From Nemertoderma westbladi (Eukaryota; Animalia; Xenacoelomorpha), in NCBI GenBank assembly GCA_032718475.1, contig JAUCBJ010004537.1, positions 93,172 to 157,171 of the forward strand: a stretch of 64,000 nt of DNA, read 5' to 3'. The position numbers were made by a program, and so were the translations under genes. Of the stretch, positions 38,229 to 50,881 are shown piece by piece. Below the pieces are notes generated by a model that saw nothing but the letters and a program-made list of their open reading frames with translations, was not told where the DNA came from and did no database searches. The number at the start of each line of letters is the position of its first letter. The stretch's first letter is position 1.

Positions 38229-39632
38229 TAAGGATGCACAAGTATGACCATCCCGCACGCACCCACTAAGGATGCACAAGTGTGACCATACCCGCACGCA
38301 CCCACTAAGGATGCACAAGTGTGACCATACCCGCACGCACCCACTAAGGATGCACAAGTGTGACCATACCCGCACGCACCCACTAAGGATGCACAAGTGT
38401 GACCATACCCGCACGCACCCACTAAGGATGCACAAGTGTGACCATACCCGCACGCACCCACTAAGGATGCACAAGTGTGACCATACCCGCAGGCACCCAC
38501 TAAGGATGCACAAGTGTGACCATACCCGCACGCACCCACTAAGGATACACAAGTGTGACCCTGACCACACCCGCACGCACCCACTAAGGATACACAAGTG
38601 TGACCCTGACCACACCCGCACGCACCCACTAAGGATGCACAAGTGTGACCATACCCGCAGGCACCCACTAAGGATGCACAAGTGTGACCATACCCGCACG
38701 CACCCACTAAGGATACACAAGTGTGACCCTGACCACACCCGCACGCACCCACTAAGGATACACAAGTGTGACCCTGACCACACCCGCACGCACCCACTAA
38801 GGATGCACAAGTGTGACCATACCCGCACGCACCCACTAAGGATACACAAGTGTGACCCTGACCACACCCGCACGCACCCACTAAGGATACACAAGTGTGA
38901 CCCTGACCACACCCGCACGCACCCACTAAGGATGCACAAGTGTGACCATACCCGCACGCACCCACTAAGGATGCACAAGTATGACCATACCCGCACGCAC
39001 CCACTAAGGATACACAAGTGTGACCATACCCGCACGCACCCACTAAGGATGCACAAGTGTGACCATACCCGCACGCACCCACTAAGGATACACAAGTGTG
39101 ACCCTGACCACACCCGCACGCACCCACTAAGGATACACAAGTGTGACCCTGACCACACCCGCACGCACCCACTAAGGATGCACAAGTGTGACCATACCCG
39201 CACGCACCCACTAAGGATGCACAAGTATGACCATACCCGCACGCACCCACTAAGGATACACAAGTGTGACCATACCCGCACGCACCCACTAAGGATGCAC
39301 AAGTATGACCATACCCGCAGGCACCCACTAAGGATGCACAAGTGTGACCATACCCACACGCACCCACTAAGGATGCACAAGTGTGACCATACCCGCACGC
39401 ACCCACTAAGGATGCACAAGTGTGACCCTGACCATACCCGCACGCACCCACTAAGGATGCACAAGTGTGACCATACCCGCAGGCACCCACTAAGGATACA
39501 CAAGTGTGACCATACCCGCAGGCACCCACTAAGGATGCACAAGTGTGACCATACCCACACGCACCCACTAAGGATGCACAAGTGTGACCCTGACCATACC
39601 CGCACGCACCCACTAAGGATGCACAAGTATGA
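38229..39632. repeat. 39/45-bp minisatellite, ~34 copies
   Basis: Unit AGGATGCACAAGTGTGACCATACCCGCACGCACCCACTA; variant with 6-bp CTGACC insertion; lies between the convergent KCTD and importin-alpha 3' ends. Confidence 0.95.
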
Positions 39633-41322
39633 CAATTTAGATTATTTCAGTTGATATTATGTGTTTTTAAATTTAAAGGATTGGGATTTTAGGCGGCTAC
39701 ATTAATTTTGGTTGAGTTTATGGCTCCGTTTTAGTCCGTCCGACCTTTTGATGGTTATCAGAATTTTCAATGATTTCAGTTCAAGGTAACATTTCCCCCT
39801 AGCATTTAATCTTATAGTTGCAGGAGGCGTAGATAGATATCGCCTCGGCGAATTAAACAAATATAATTAATTATCAATTTAATGGGAAATTAGCTCGTTA
39901 CAGATGCACGTCAAAGAATAAACGAGTGTAACCCATGGTAGTTGAACACCAACTTTATATTATTATTATGAACCTGTAAAAAAAAGTATATAAATTTATA
40001 AAACTTCGAAGGTTGCTGCTTATAATCAATCATATGAATAATTAAGTCGAGTCCTGAAAAATAGCATAACATATCCCCTACCACTATATTTATAATGAAC
40101 GCCCCAGAAAATATATCTCCATCCATAAGTTCTGAGTTTTGTTAGCAAAACCAATGAAATATTCATAAGTTTCGCTTTATAAAAATGTTATTTCAAGGTC
40201 ACTTAAGATTTAATTCAATGATATTCATACTTCCTATTGGGAATCGAGTGAGTAATTCTCCATAAATAATATTCCATTAATTACGTTCTACCATTTTATT
40301 TTTATAAAAGTGATAAATAAAAACCATTAATATTTTAGCATTTTATACAAAATTAACTCGAGCTTTGATGATACTTTCCGTCCCTCGGGGTATGTAAAGA
40401 TAAATTCAGTAAATTGATTAACAGTCGCGTTGCAGGCAAAGCGATGGATAATAATTAATGTAAGAAATTTGGGAGTATGGCAGCTGATATCCGGATGCTG
40501 TAAGGTAGAACGCATAAACGCCACTTAATTAAAATAAAAAGAATACAAAGTAGGATATAACCTGACAAAATAGAGCAATGTGGTTTCCGAATCGTTAATT
40601 ACCGTAAAAAAGGTACTGAATTCCACAAATAAATGTTTATTATATATGATAACTATTGAAACTATTTAGTCAAAATTTACAACAGCACATAGGAAAGCAC
40701 TAATTTATTACACCCTAATATAATCTGGCATTAATTGATATCTATATTACATCACAAACCTATCGGCGTAAATGTTATGGATACACTATCACATCGCATT
40801 TATAGAGCTGCATACATCAGTGTAGACACACACCAGACACAAGTAGTGCACTACTTTATAAACATTAATAATACAATTCTAATATAATATCATTCAGCAC
40901 ATTAATAATTCAACCAGTTAAATTTATAGTTAGTGTACGAGTTCAGCCGGAAGTATCATCTGTAACCAGAAGTCACGCATCCCTACATTGGAGTTCGTAC
41001 TACTTTATAAACTAGAGTACCGGTATGTGCTTACTAACTGCAGTATGCACTGTGGACTGTGGTATGTGCAGCAGCTATGCACTACACGTTATACACAATA
41101 ATGTATGCAAACCATTTACGCTGAGACCCATTACCATAACCGGATTAAATAACTTGTTAAACATACAAACATAATAATATATTGCATAATGACAGGTAGT
41201 ACTAACTGCATATCAATTACCATAACCCACTACTTCATGTAAAGTATAAGGAAATCAACTTTACAATATAAGTAGTGCAGTTACTTATAGTTGTACTAAG
41301 TAGATAGTTCAATAGACCCAGA

Positions 41323-44300
41323 TCACTCAAAATTGAATCCACCCGCTGGTGGAACGGCCGCTGCGTCCAGACTAGCTTCGTCTCCCTCCTCCTCCTAAGA
41401 ACAAAACATAACGCAATATGTGTAAGTAGAAACTAATAGCTGAATTATTATCAGACTGATTGGTCGTAAAATAAGAAACAAAAAAACACTATAAGGAAAT
41501 AGGAATAAAAGTGAATGTAAGTAAAGTTATCGGTATGCGAGAAACACTAGAGGCTACCCGAAGAGTCCTCTCTCTTGGCGGTTACCTGTACGGCGGGCAG
41601 AGCGCCACAGTAACTCCCAAGGTTGAACACTCCATAACTATCTAATTAATTATTTACTCCCACATCAGAAGCCAGGTTCCCATTGTACCGCCGGGTTGGC
41701 GTAACCATTACATAGCTTAGGGACATACCAGTGAGAATTATTTCTGCAGCCTTGTCCGAGTATCTTCTCGGACACTACAATATAAACTTACTTCATAAAA
41801 AAAGGCTATAAAAAATCGACTTACTGATGGAAAAATAATTAATAAATAATTAGTTATCCCACACATAAAGAAACAGTAATAAATAAACTTACCGCCAAAA
41901 AGAAGGTCTCTATGATATCAACCGAAGCTTTGTAGACCGCCTCATTCTCGTGATCCTGCAGTCCTTCTATCTTGTCGAGACCTCCGCATTCCTCGATAAT
42001 CCTGGAGACTTCATCGAGATATCCCTTCTTTACTGCCCCCTAAAAGAAAAAAAAATAGTAGCCAAGTCAATAAATAAAGTAGATGATAGCAAATTGTAGT
42101 GTCGGTAGCAAATTATAGTGTCGGTAGCAAATTGTAGTGTCGGTAGCAAATTGTCGGTCTGTTAGCAATTCTGTTAAACGATTCCTATTCCATTAATGAT
42201 GAAAAATGACCAAAACATGCATTGCATGAACCAGAAGACAACAATTTTGGAAACTTTTATCGGGTCTTTAGTTACATAGAGTTATTGTGTATCCGCGTGG
42301 GGAACATTCAAAATTGTATATACATTAAATGAAGTAAAAGACATTGAAACCAAATGATATGAAATAAATATGTATGGCAACTCAGATCTTGGTGATTAAA
42401 GAAACATCAAAAGTCAGAAAATGTGCAGAACAAATCATCACAGTTGCTAAAATACATATATTATATACATATAAATTATATTTATGTGAATTTAATATTA
42501 ATATTAATTTCGATACAATAAATTAAATTTGGCCAGAGCGTCCAATACAACCTTTACTTACAGCTAACAATTTAGCGAGAGCTTCTAATACAAACTTTAC
42601 TTACAGCTAACAACTTGGCCAGAGCTTCCAATACAACCTTTACTTACAGCTAACAACTTGGCCAGAGCTTCCAATACAACCTTTACTTACAGCTAACAAC
42701 TTGGCCAGAGCTTCCAATACAACCTTTACTTACAGCTAACAACTTGGCCAGAGCTTCCAATACAACCTTTACTTACAGCTAACAACTTGGCGAGAGCTTC
42801 CAATACAACCTTTACTTACAGCTAACAACTTAGCGAGAGCTTCCAATACAACCTTTACTTACAGCTAACAACTTGGCCAGAGCTTCCAATACAACCTTTA
42901 CTTACAGCTAACAACTTGGCCAGAGTTTCCAATACAACCTTTACTTACAGCTAACAACTTGGCCAGAGCTTCCAATACAACGTTTACTTACAGCTAACAA
43001 CTTGGCCAGAGCTTCCAATACAACCTTTACTTACAGCTAACAACTTGGCCAGAGCTTCCAATACAACCTTTACTTACAGCTAACAACTTGGCCAGAGCTT
43101 CCAATACAACCTTTACTTACAGCTAACAACTTGGCCAGAGCTTCCAATACAACCTTTACTTACAGCTAACAACTTAGCGAGAGCATCCAATACAACCTTT
43201 ACTTACAGCTAACAACTTAGCGAGAGCATCCAATACAAACTTTACTTACAGCTAACAACTTGGCCAGAGCTTCCAATACAACCTTTACTTACAGCTAACA
43301 ACTTGGCCAGAGCTTCCAATACAACCTTTACTTACAGCTAACAACTTGGCCAGAGCTTCCAATACAACCTTTACTTACAGCTAACAACTTGGCCAGAGCT
43401 TCCAATACAACCTTTACTTACAGCGAACAACTTAGCGAGAGCTTCCAATACAACCTTTACTTACAGCTAACAACTTGGCCAGAGTTTCCAATACAACCTT
43501 TACTTACAGCTAACAACTTGGCCAGAGCTTCCAATACAACCTTTACTTACAGCTAACAACTTGGCCAGAGCTTCCAATACAACCTTTACTTACAGCTAAC
43601 AACTTGGCCAGAGCTTCCAATACAACCTTTACTTACAGCTAACAACTTGGCGAGAGCTTCCAATACAACCTTTACTTACAGCTAACAACTTGGCCAGAGC
43701 TTCCAATACAACCTTTACTTACAGCTAACAACTTGGCCAGAGCTTCCAATACAACCTTTACTTACAGCTAACAACTTAGCGAGAGCATCCAATACAACCT
43801 TTACTTACAGCTAACAACTTAGCGAGAGCATCCAATACAAACTTTACTTACAGCTAACAACTTGGCCAGAGCTTCCAATACAACCTTTACTTACAGCTAA
43901 CAACTTGGCCAGAGCTTCCAATACAACCTTTACTTACAGCTAACAACTTGGCCAGAGCTTCCAATACAACCTTTACTTACAGCTAACAACTTAGCGAGAG
44001 CATCCAATACAACCTTTACTTACAGCTAACAACTTAGCGAGAGCATCCAATACAAACTTTACTTACAGCTAACAACTTGGCCAGAGCTTCCAATACAACC
44101 TTTACTTACAGCTAACAACTTAGCGAGAGCATCCAATACAAACTTTACTTACAGCTAACAACTTGGCCAGAGCTTCCAATACAACCTTTACTTACAGCTA
44201 ACAACTTAGCGAGAGCATCCAATACAAACGAAACTTTACTTACAGCTAACAACTTGGCCAGAGCTTCCAATACAACCTTTACTTACAGCTAACAACTTAG

Positions 44301-47300
44301 CGAGAGCATCCAATACAACCTTTACTTACAGCTAACAACTTAGCGAGAGCTTCCAATACAACCTTTACTTACAGCTAACAACTTGGCCAGAGCTTCCAAT
44401 ACAACCTTTACTTACAGCTAACAACTTGGCCAGAGCTTCCAATACAACCTTTACTTACAGCTAACAACTTGGCCAGAGCTTCCAATACAACCTTTACTTA
44501 CAGCGAACAACTTAGCGAGAGCTTCCAATACAACCTTTACTTACAGCTAACAACTTGGCCAGAGTTTCCAATACAACCTTTACTTACAGCTAACAACTTG
44601 GCCAGAGCTTCCAATACAACCTTTACTTACAGCTAACAACTTGGCCAGAGCTTCCAATACAACCTTTACTTACAGCTAACAACTTGGCCAGAGCTTCCAA
44701 TACAACCTTTACTTACAGCTAACAACTTGGCGAGAGCTTCCAATACAACCTTTACTTACAGCTAACAACTTGGCCAGAGCTTCCAATACAACCTTTACTT
44801 ACAGCTAACAACTTGGCCAGAGCTTCCAATACAACATTTACTTACAGCTAACAACTTAGCGAGAGCATCCAATACAACCTTTACTTACAGCTAACAACTT
44901 AGCGAGAGCATCCAATACAAACTTTACTTACAGCTAACAACTTGGCCAGAGCTTCCAATACAACCTTTACTTACAGCTAACAACTTGGCCAGAGCTTCCA
45001 ATACAACCTTTACTTACAGCTAACAACTTGGCCAGAGCTTCCAATACAACCTTTACTTACAGCTAACAACTTAGCGAGAGCATCCAATACAACCTTTACT
45101 TACAGCTAACAACTTAGCGAGAGCTTCCAATACAACCTTTACTTACAGCTAACAACTTGGCCAGAGCTTCCAATACAACCTTTACTTACAGCTAACAACT
45201 TGGCCAGAGCTTCCAATACAACCTTTACTTACAGCTAACAACTTGGCCAGAGCTTCCAATACAACCTTTACTTACAGCTAACAACTTGGCCAGAGCTTCC
45301 AATACAACCTTTACTTACAGCTAACAACTTGGCCAGAGCTTCCAATACAACCTTTACTTACAGCTAACAACTTAGCGAGAGCTTCCAATACAACCTTTAC
45401 TTACAGCTAACAACTTGGCCAGAGCTTCCAATACAACCTTTACTTACAGCTAACAACTTAGCGAGAGCATCCAATACAACCTTTACTTACAGCTAACAAC
45501 TTGGCCAGAGCTTCCAATACAACCTTTACTTACAGCTAACAACTTAGCGAGAGCTTCCAATACAACCTTTACTTACAGCTAACAACTTGGCCAGAGCTTC
45601 CAATACAACCTTTACTTACAGCTAACAACTTAGCGAGAGCATCCAATACAACCTTTACTTACAGCTAACAACTTGGCCAGAGCTTCCAATACAACCTTTA
45701 CTTACAGCTAACAACTTGGCCAGAGCTTCCAATACAACCTTTACTTACAGCTAACAACTTGGCCAGAGCTTCCAATACAACCTTTACTTACAGCTAACAA
45801 CTTGGCCAGAGCTTCCAATACAACCTTTACTTACAGCTAACAACTTGGCCAGAGCTTCCAATACAACCTTTACTTACAGCTAACAACTTGGCCAGAGCTT
45901 CCAATACAACCTTTACTTACAGCTAACAACTTGGCCAGAGCTTCCAATACAACCTTTACTTACAGCTAACAACTTGGCCAGAGCTTCCAATACAACCTTT
46001 ACTTACAGCTAACAACTTGGCCAGAGCTTCCAATACAACCTTTACTTACAGCTAACAACTTGGCCAGAGCTTCCAATACAACCTTTACTTACAGCTAACA
46101 ACTTGGCCAGAGCTTCCAATACAACCTTTACTTACAGCTAACAACTTGGCCAGAGCTTCCAATACAACCTTTACTTACAGCTAACAACTTGGCCAGAGCT
46201 TCCAATACAACCTTTACTTACAGCTAACAACTTGGCCAGAGCTTCCAATACAACCTTTACTTACAGCTAACAACTTAGAGAGAGCTTCCAATACAACCTT
46301 TACTTACAGCTAACAACTTGGCCAGAGCTTCCAATACAACCTTTACTTACAGCTAACAACTTGGCCAGAGCTTCCAATACAACCTTTACTTACAGCTAAC
46401 AACTTGGCCAGAGCTTCCAATACAACCTTTACTTACAGCTAACAACTTAGAGAGAGCTTCCAATACAACAATAACGAACTTGACTTCGTTGCATATAAGG
46501 AGATTGCAGAGCGGTGGCAGCGCTCCGGCATGCACAATGCAGGCTATCTGTGAGTCCGTGCCTCCAGATATTATATTAGTTACAACCCATCCGACCTCCT
46601 TCTGGGTCTTATAGTCGGCCTGAAAGTGAAAGTAAATTGTTAAGAAAGAATATATGTCACTGTAATACTAATACTAGGAGTAGAAATGAAAAATTGAAAA
46701 ATGTCATTCCGATTAAATTTCCGATTTCAGTTGGGGGTTTTAAAGTTTGGTAGTAATACCTAGTCTGCCTGTCTGTCTGTCGGCCACTCCTACAATTTGA
46801 TGGACAGACGTCATACGGAAAAACAGCGAAACGGTTTGTAGATTTGAAATCCTCATTAAATTCTGCTCTATGAAATAAAAAAAAATATTTAGAAATTTTT
46901 ACGTGGATGGCTGTGCCCCCTCCCCCCCCCCCCCCCCCCCACCTCCCTCCCCCTCTCAAGACCCCTGCTGATCCCCCACTTTAGCAATCTGCTATAAATT
47001 TTGATCCATTAAGTAACGGATCTATTACGTAGATAATTCTTCATAGGATTTGACTTGGTAAAGGAAGTCTCGCCTGGAGGGTGGCAGTTAGGTACGTGTC
47101 GAGAAATACAACGCACCCCCATCTGTGAGACAAATGGTTACACCTGATGGGGGGTGGCTTTAGCTATAATATGAAATAAATTGTTGCTTTTTGTAATAAC
47201 CAAAGCGTTAATTCCTTTGGATAATGGAATATTATAAAATATAATATTTTCCTGGAAACATGCGATAGATTTATTTGTGACGTGTTAAAAAAAGAAATCA

Positions 47301-47857
47301 CATCTCGGCCAATGGATATCTCGTCTCAATGTTAAATTAACCAATTAAGGAAAGGAGCAGGTTTCTGCCACAGACTGTTACCTGCTCCTTTAATACTAAT
47401 TCGCTGAGATGTGATTTGCGTCAAGTTTCACGCCTGTCTCGGATTTTGAGCGATGGCTGATATTACGTGTAAGTGTAAGTAGGAGTGGAGTTTACCCCCG
47501 ACAAAATAGTTGAATTGAAAATAGTGACAAAAAATGCTTCTTCCGAATTCTTTTTTCATTGAATAACATTACTTTTTATCATTTATTTGCCTCATGGAAT
47601 TGTAATAAAATAATAATTGTTACCTTGTCCAGACGCTCCACTAGTATAGGAATCAATTGAGCGTCCAATATGGTCTCTATCTGGCGGGTGTTCCCTGCGG
47701 CGATGTTACTGATAGCCCAAGCAGCTTCCTTCTGCAGACTGAGTCGCGGGTGATTGAGTAGCTTGTGGAAGGGGGAGAGAACATGGCAGTCAATGACCGC
47801 CTGAGTCTGGTCGTCGGATCCGGTAACTATGTTACCCAGGGACCGTAAAGCCGGCGT
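41323..47857 (-). CDS. KPNA2: Importin subunit alpha (KPNA2/alpha-P type), last four coding exons; 5' part not found in window
   Basis: Exons 47857-47624 ([19 protein letters not shown]...[14 protein letters not shown]...LDK), 46619-46437 ([20 protein letters not shown]...[11 protein letters not shown]), 42039-41893 ([25 protein letters not shown]), 41394-41323 (EEEGDE...GGFNFE*); all phase 0, GT-AG; intron positions as recalled for vertebrate KPNA2. Confidence 0.9.
42087..42157. repeat. 19-bp tandem repeat, ~3.5 copies
   Basis: TAGCAAATTGTAGTGTCGG repeated near the importin exon acceptor. Confidence 0.8.
42529..46469 (-). repeat. 43-bp minisatellite (~91 copies) derived from the importin-alpha exon 3' end plus splice donor
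   Basis: Sense unit GTTGTATTGGAAGCTCTGGCCAAGTTGTTAGCT|GTAAGTAAAG; the first unit (46469-46437) is the true exon end [11 protein letters not shown]. Confidence 0.95.
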
Positions 47858-49606
47858 CTAAATGGATAACATCTCAGAGTTAGGAGAGATAAATAAACGA
47901 GGGTAATAAAATAGGTAATAATCACTGGTTAAGGGTCTATTGGCCACACATGGATTACTTGTTTAACACTAAAAATAATGACCCCAAGGGGAGATTATTT
48001 TTGTGTAAAATTCATAAATCAGCGGTCACTCAGTATGTTGTTGGGTTAAATCTAAGTTGAAAAAAACATAAGGAAACGCGACACCTATATAGGCTATTAG
48101 GGAAAGTCATAGCTATTAGGCTGGCAATTTTCATTGGTTCAGTTGGGGAGGGGGGGGGGGGGGGGGGGGGGGGGATTTCGATGCAATCAAAATTCATCCC
48201 TCTTCAGGGGAAAATCGACGCAAATAACGGCTGATTACTCCCAAAAATAGTGGCGAAAACCTTAATTAGAATTGTCATTTAACCCTAATGATAACAAGAT
48301 AGTACACTAGGTCCATCCTAATCCCTACTGTCTGGCAGTCAGGCTATGTTAGTAAATTACTATATTAGTTTCAGTTCAAATTTCAGTAAGAATTTACAGT
48401 CTGTCAAATTTGATGAAATTTTTGCAAGTTAAGTAGATCAAAAGTTTAGAAAGCTCAGACGATTCTAGCGCATTTGCAAAGCAATGCCCATTTGCCATTT
48501 GCCATGTACTTAGTACTTAAGTTGAGTGCTAAGGTTGATTGACTCAGTGCGCTAAGTCCCAACGGGATGTTATAGATTTTCAAACAAATCACACGAGGCC
48601 GTCGAAAAGGGAGCGAAATCCGCCCGTCACACGGTTGACCATCCGGTTGAATTTCGCAGCGCAGTTTGGCTTTTGAACTTTATCTTTTGTTCGAGTCGCC
48701 ATAGTTCACTGGGTCACTGAGCGGATTTACCAACAACGGACAATGAGAAATGCAATGACTTCAAACAGGAATGTTTCCTCAAGCATATATAAGCGCATTC
48801 ATAAGGTATAGCTCTACCTTGGAATATATTTATTAGAGGGATGCTATGCTTGTCATGGCAACGATACAAGTCCATTTCTCACATTGAAACACACAAAGGC
48901 AAAAATCAAAGAAGCGTGGAATGGGCCAATAGTTGATTTATTATTACGAGAGAGATTATCCCTTGTAAATGAGTCCGGAATCTGCGAGAAAATCATATAT
49001 TATACTGACAGAATGGATAATAATATCCAAAGTCATCCAAGTTAGAAATCAAACTGAATTATAATTAGTATGTTAGTTCATTGACAGGAATGATGCGAAC
49101 GCGTGTCTAACAATATAGAACAAAGGTCAGAGTGAATCGCATACTAATTCATTACACTCTGTCAACCAAATATAATTTAAGACTAATTGCAACAGTTAAC
49201 CCGATAAGATAAAGCTATCAGCCGCCATTTCCTTTATTTAATATTAAGGTTATCTTATTAGGAAGGGTCTTTCACCACGTATAGATAGATATAATTATAC
49301 GTTGGGAGGTTGTTTACCTTATGGTTATTTAACCCAACACGGGCGTCTCCTGTGGTATATTTACATTAAATATTTTAAACAATTTAAATTAGATTATTTA
49401 ATAAAATTGTAATTTCTAAATTCGAAAGGTCATAGATACCCTACATCCATTTTCTAGAGGTTGCCAGATTATTAAGAAATGAACGAACGAACATGTACGT
49501 ACAAGTGGGTTGTGACATTGTGACGAAACAATAATGAATTGTTTGGGTAAGAGTTCTCCAAAGACGAAATTGATACAAAAGGCTGTAAGTAACCAAAGCC
49601 TACCAG

Positions 49607-50881
49607 TAACACGAAGTGGGGCCTTCGCGCAGCACGTGAAATGAGTTAATGCTAAGTATCAACTCGAAAGGATTATAAAAACATAGGAGAAGATTTTCCC
49701 GGAAAACGTTAACCCTCTAGCGGGAGACTGGGTAACTGAAGAAGGAAGGATTAGTTTCCCTACAAAGCCACATCCTATGGTCTATTACATATCTACCAAG
49801 TTTCCGATTGACGGATCATAAATAACGAAATGTTGGAAGGTTTTCACTTTCATACATTTAGCCCTCTAGCGGCATATTAAAGAACTACGGATCGATCACC
49901 TTCCTCACAAAGACGAGGCATGTGGTCTAGTACATACCGGTACTGTATATTCCAAAATTCAGCTTAAATAGATTAAGATCAAGGAATTCGCAAAGGTTAT
50001 CACTTTCCTACATTTCGCCCTCTAGCGGCAGACTCGAAAACTCCGGACCGATTACTGTCCACACAAAGACTTAGGATGTCTTCTAGTACATATATGACAA
50101 GTTTCAGCGTAATCAGATCATAAACAACTAAATGGAAGAATAATTTCACATTCGGGACATTTCGCCCTCTAGCGGCAGACTGGAGAACTGCAGACAGATT
50201 AGCCTCCTTTGAAATTTACAGCTAATGGTCTAGTACATACTTCCCAAGTTTCAGCTTAAACGGATTAAAAGCAAAGAAATGGGTGGCCATTTAATGTTTA
50301 GACATGTGGCCCTCTAGCGGGAGACTGGAAAACTTCGGACCGATTACAATCCACACAAAGACTCAGGATGTCATCTAGTACATATATGACAAGTTTCAGC
50401 GTAATCAGATCATAAACAACTAAATGGAAGAATAATTTCACATTCGGGACATTTCGCCCTCTAGCGGCAGACTGGAGAACTGCAGACAGATTAGCCTCCT
50501 TTGAAATTTACAGCTAATGGTCTAGTACATACTTCCCAAGTTTCAGCTTAAACGGATTAAAAGCAAAGAAATGGGTGGCCATTTAATGTTTAGACATGTG
50601 GCCCTCTAGCGGGAGACCATTGCACTGATGGTGTCTGAAAGTCTCTCAAAAATCTCAACTTTTGCTCATATTGATACCTACAAATTTTCAACTTGGCAGC
50701 TTTAAATCCGACAAAGTTATTAGCATGTCAAAATCGTAACGACGACGACAACGACGACGACGACAACGACGACGACGACAACGACGACGACGACGACGAC
50801 GACAACTATTTGCATAAATTGACCCACCCCCTAACAGTGTCAATTCGCTAAGGCTCCGCCAACTTCGTGGCTCGCCCCACA
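49607..50881 (+). mobile_element. Helentron/HINE-like element with internal ~292-bp tandem duplication and (ACG)n microsatellite
   Basis: 5' acacgaagtggggccttcgcgcagcacgtg; repeated gccctctagcgg cores; (acg/aca)n at 50739-50803; 3' gctaaggctccgccaacttcgtggctcgccccaca. Confidence 0.7.

Noticed and set aside
38127-39654. 460-502-aa ORFs as real genes
   Set aside because: Entirely minisatellite-derived, open in three frames, with no unique domain or convincing start context
41540-41780. Possible extra exon or ncRNA in the last importin intron
   Set aside because: No splice-consistent frame is needed; it resembles a decayed SINE body (gccaggttcccatt...gggt) but is too degenerate to call
42529-46469. 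CRISPR array or telomeric repeat
   Set aside because: Head-to-tail units without spacers; the unit is demonstrably the importin exon/intron junction
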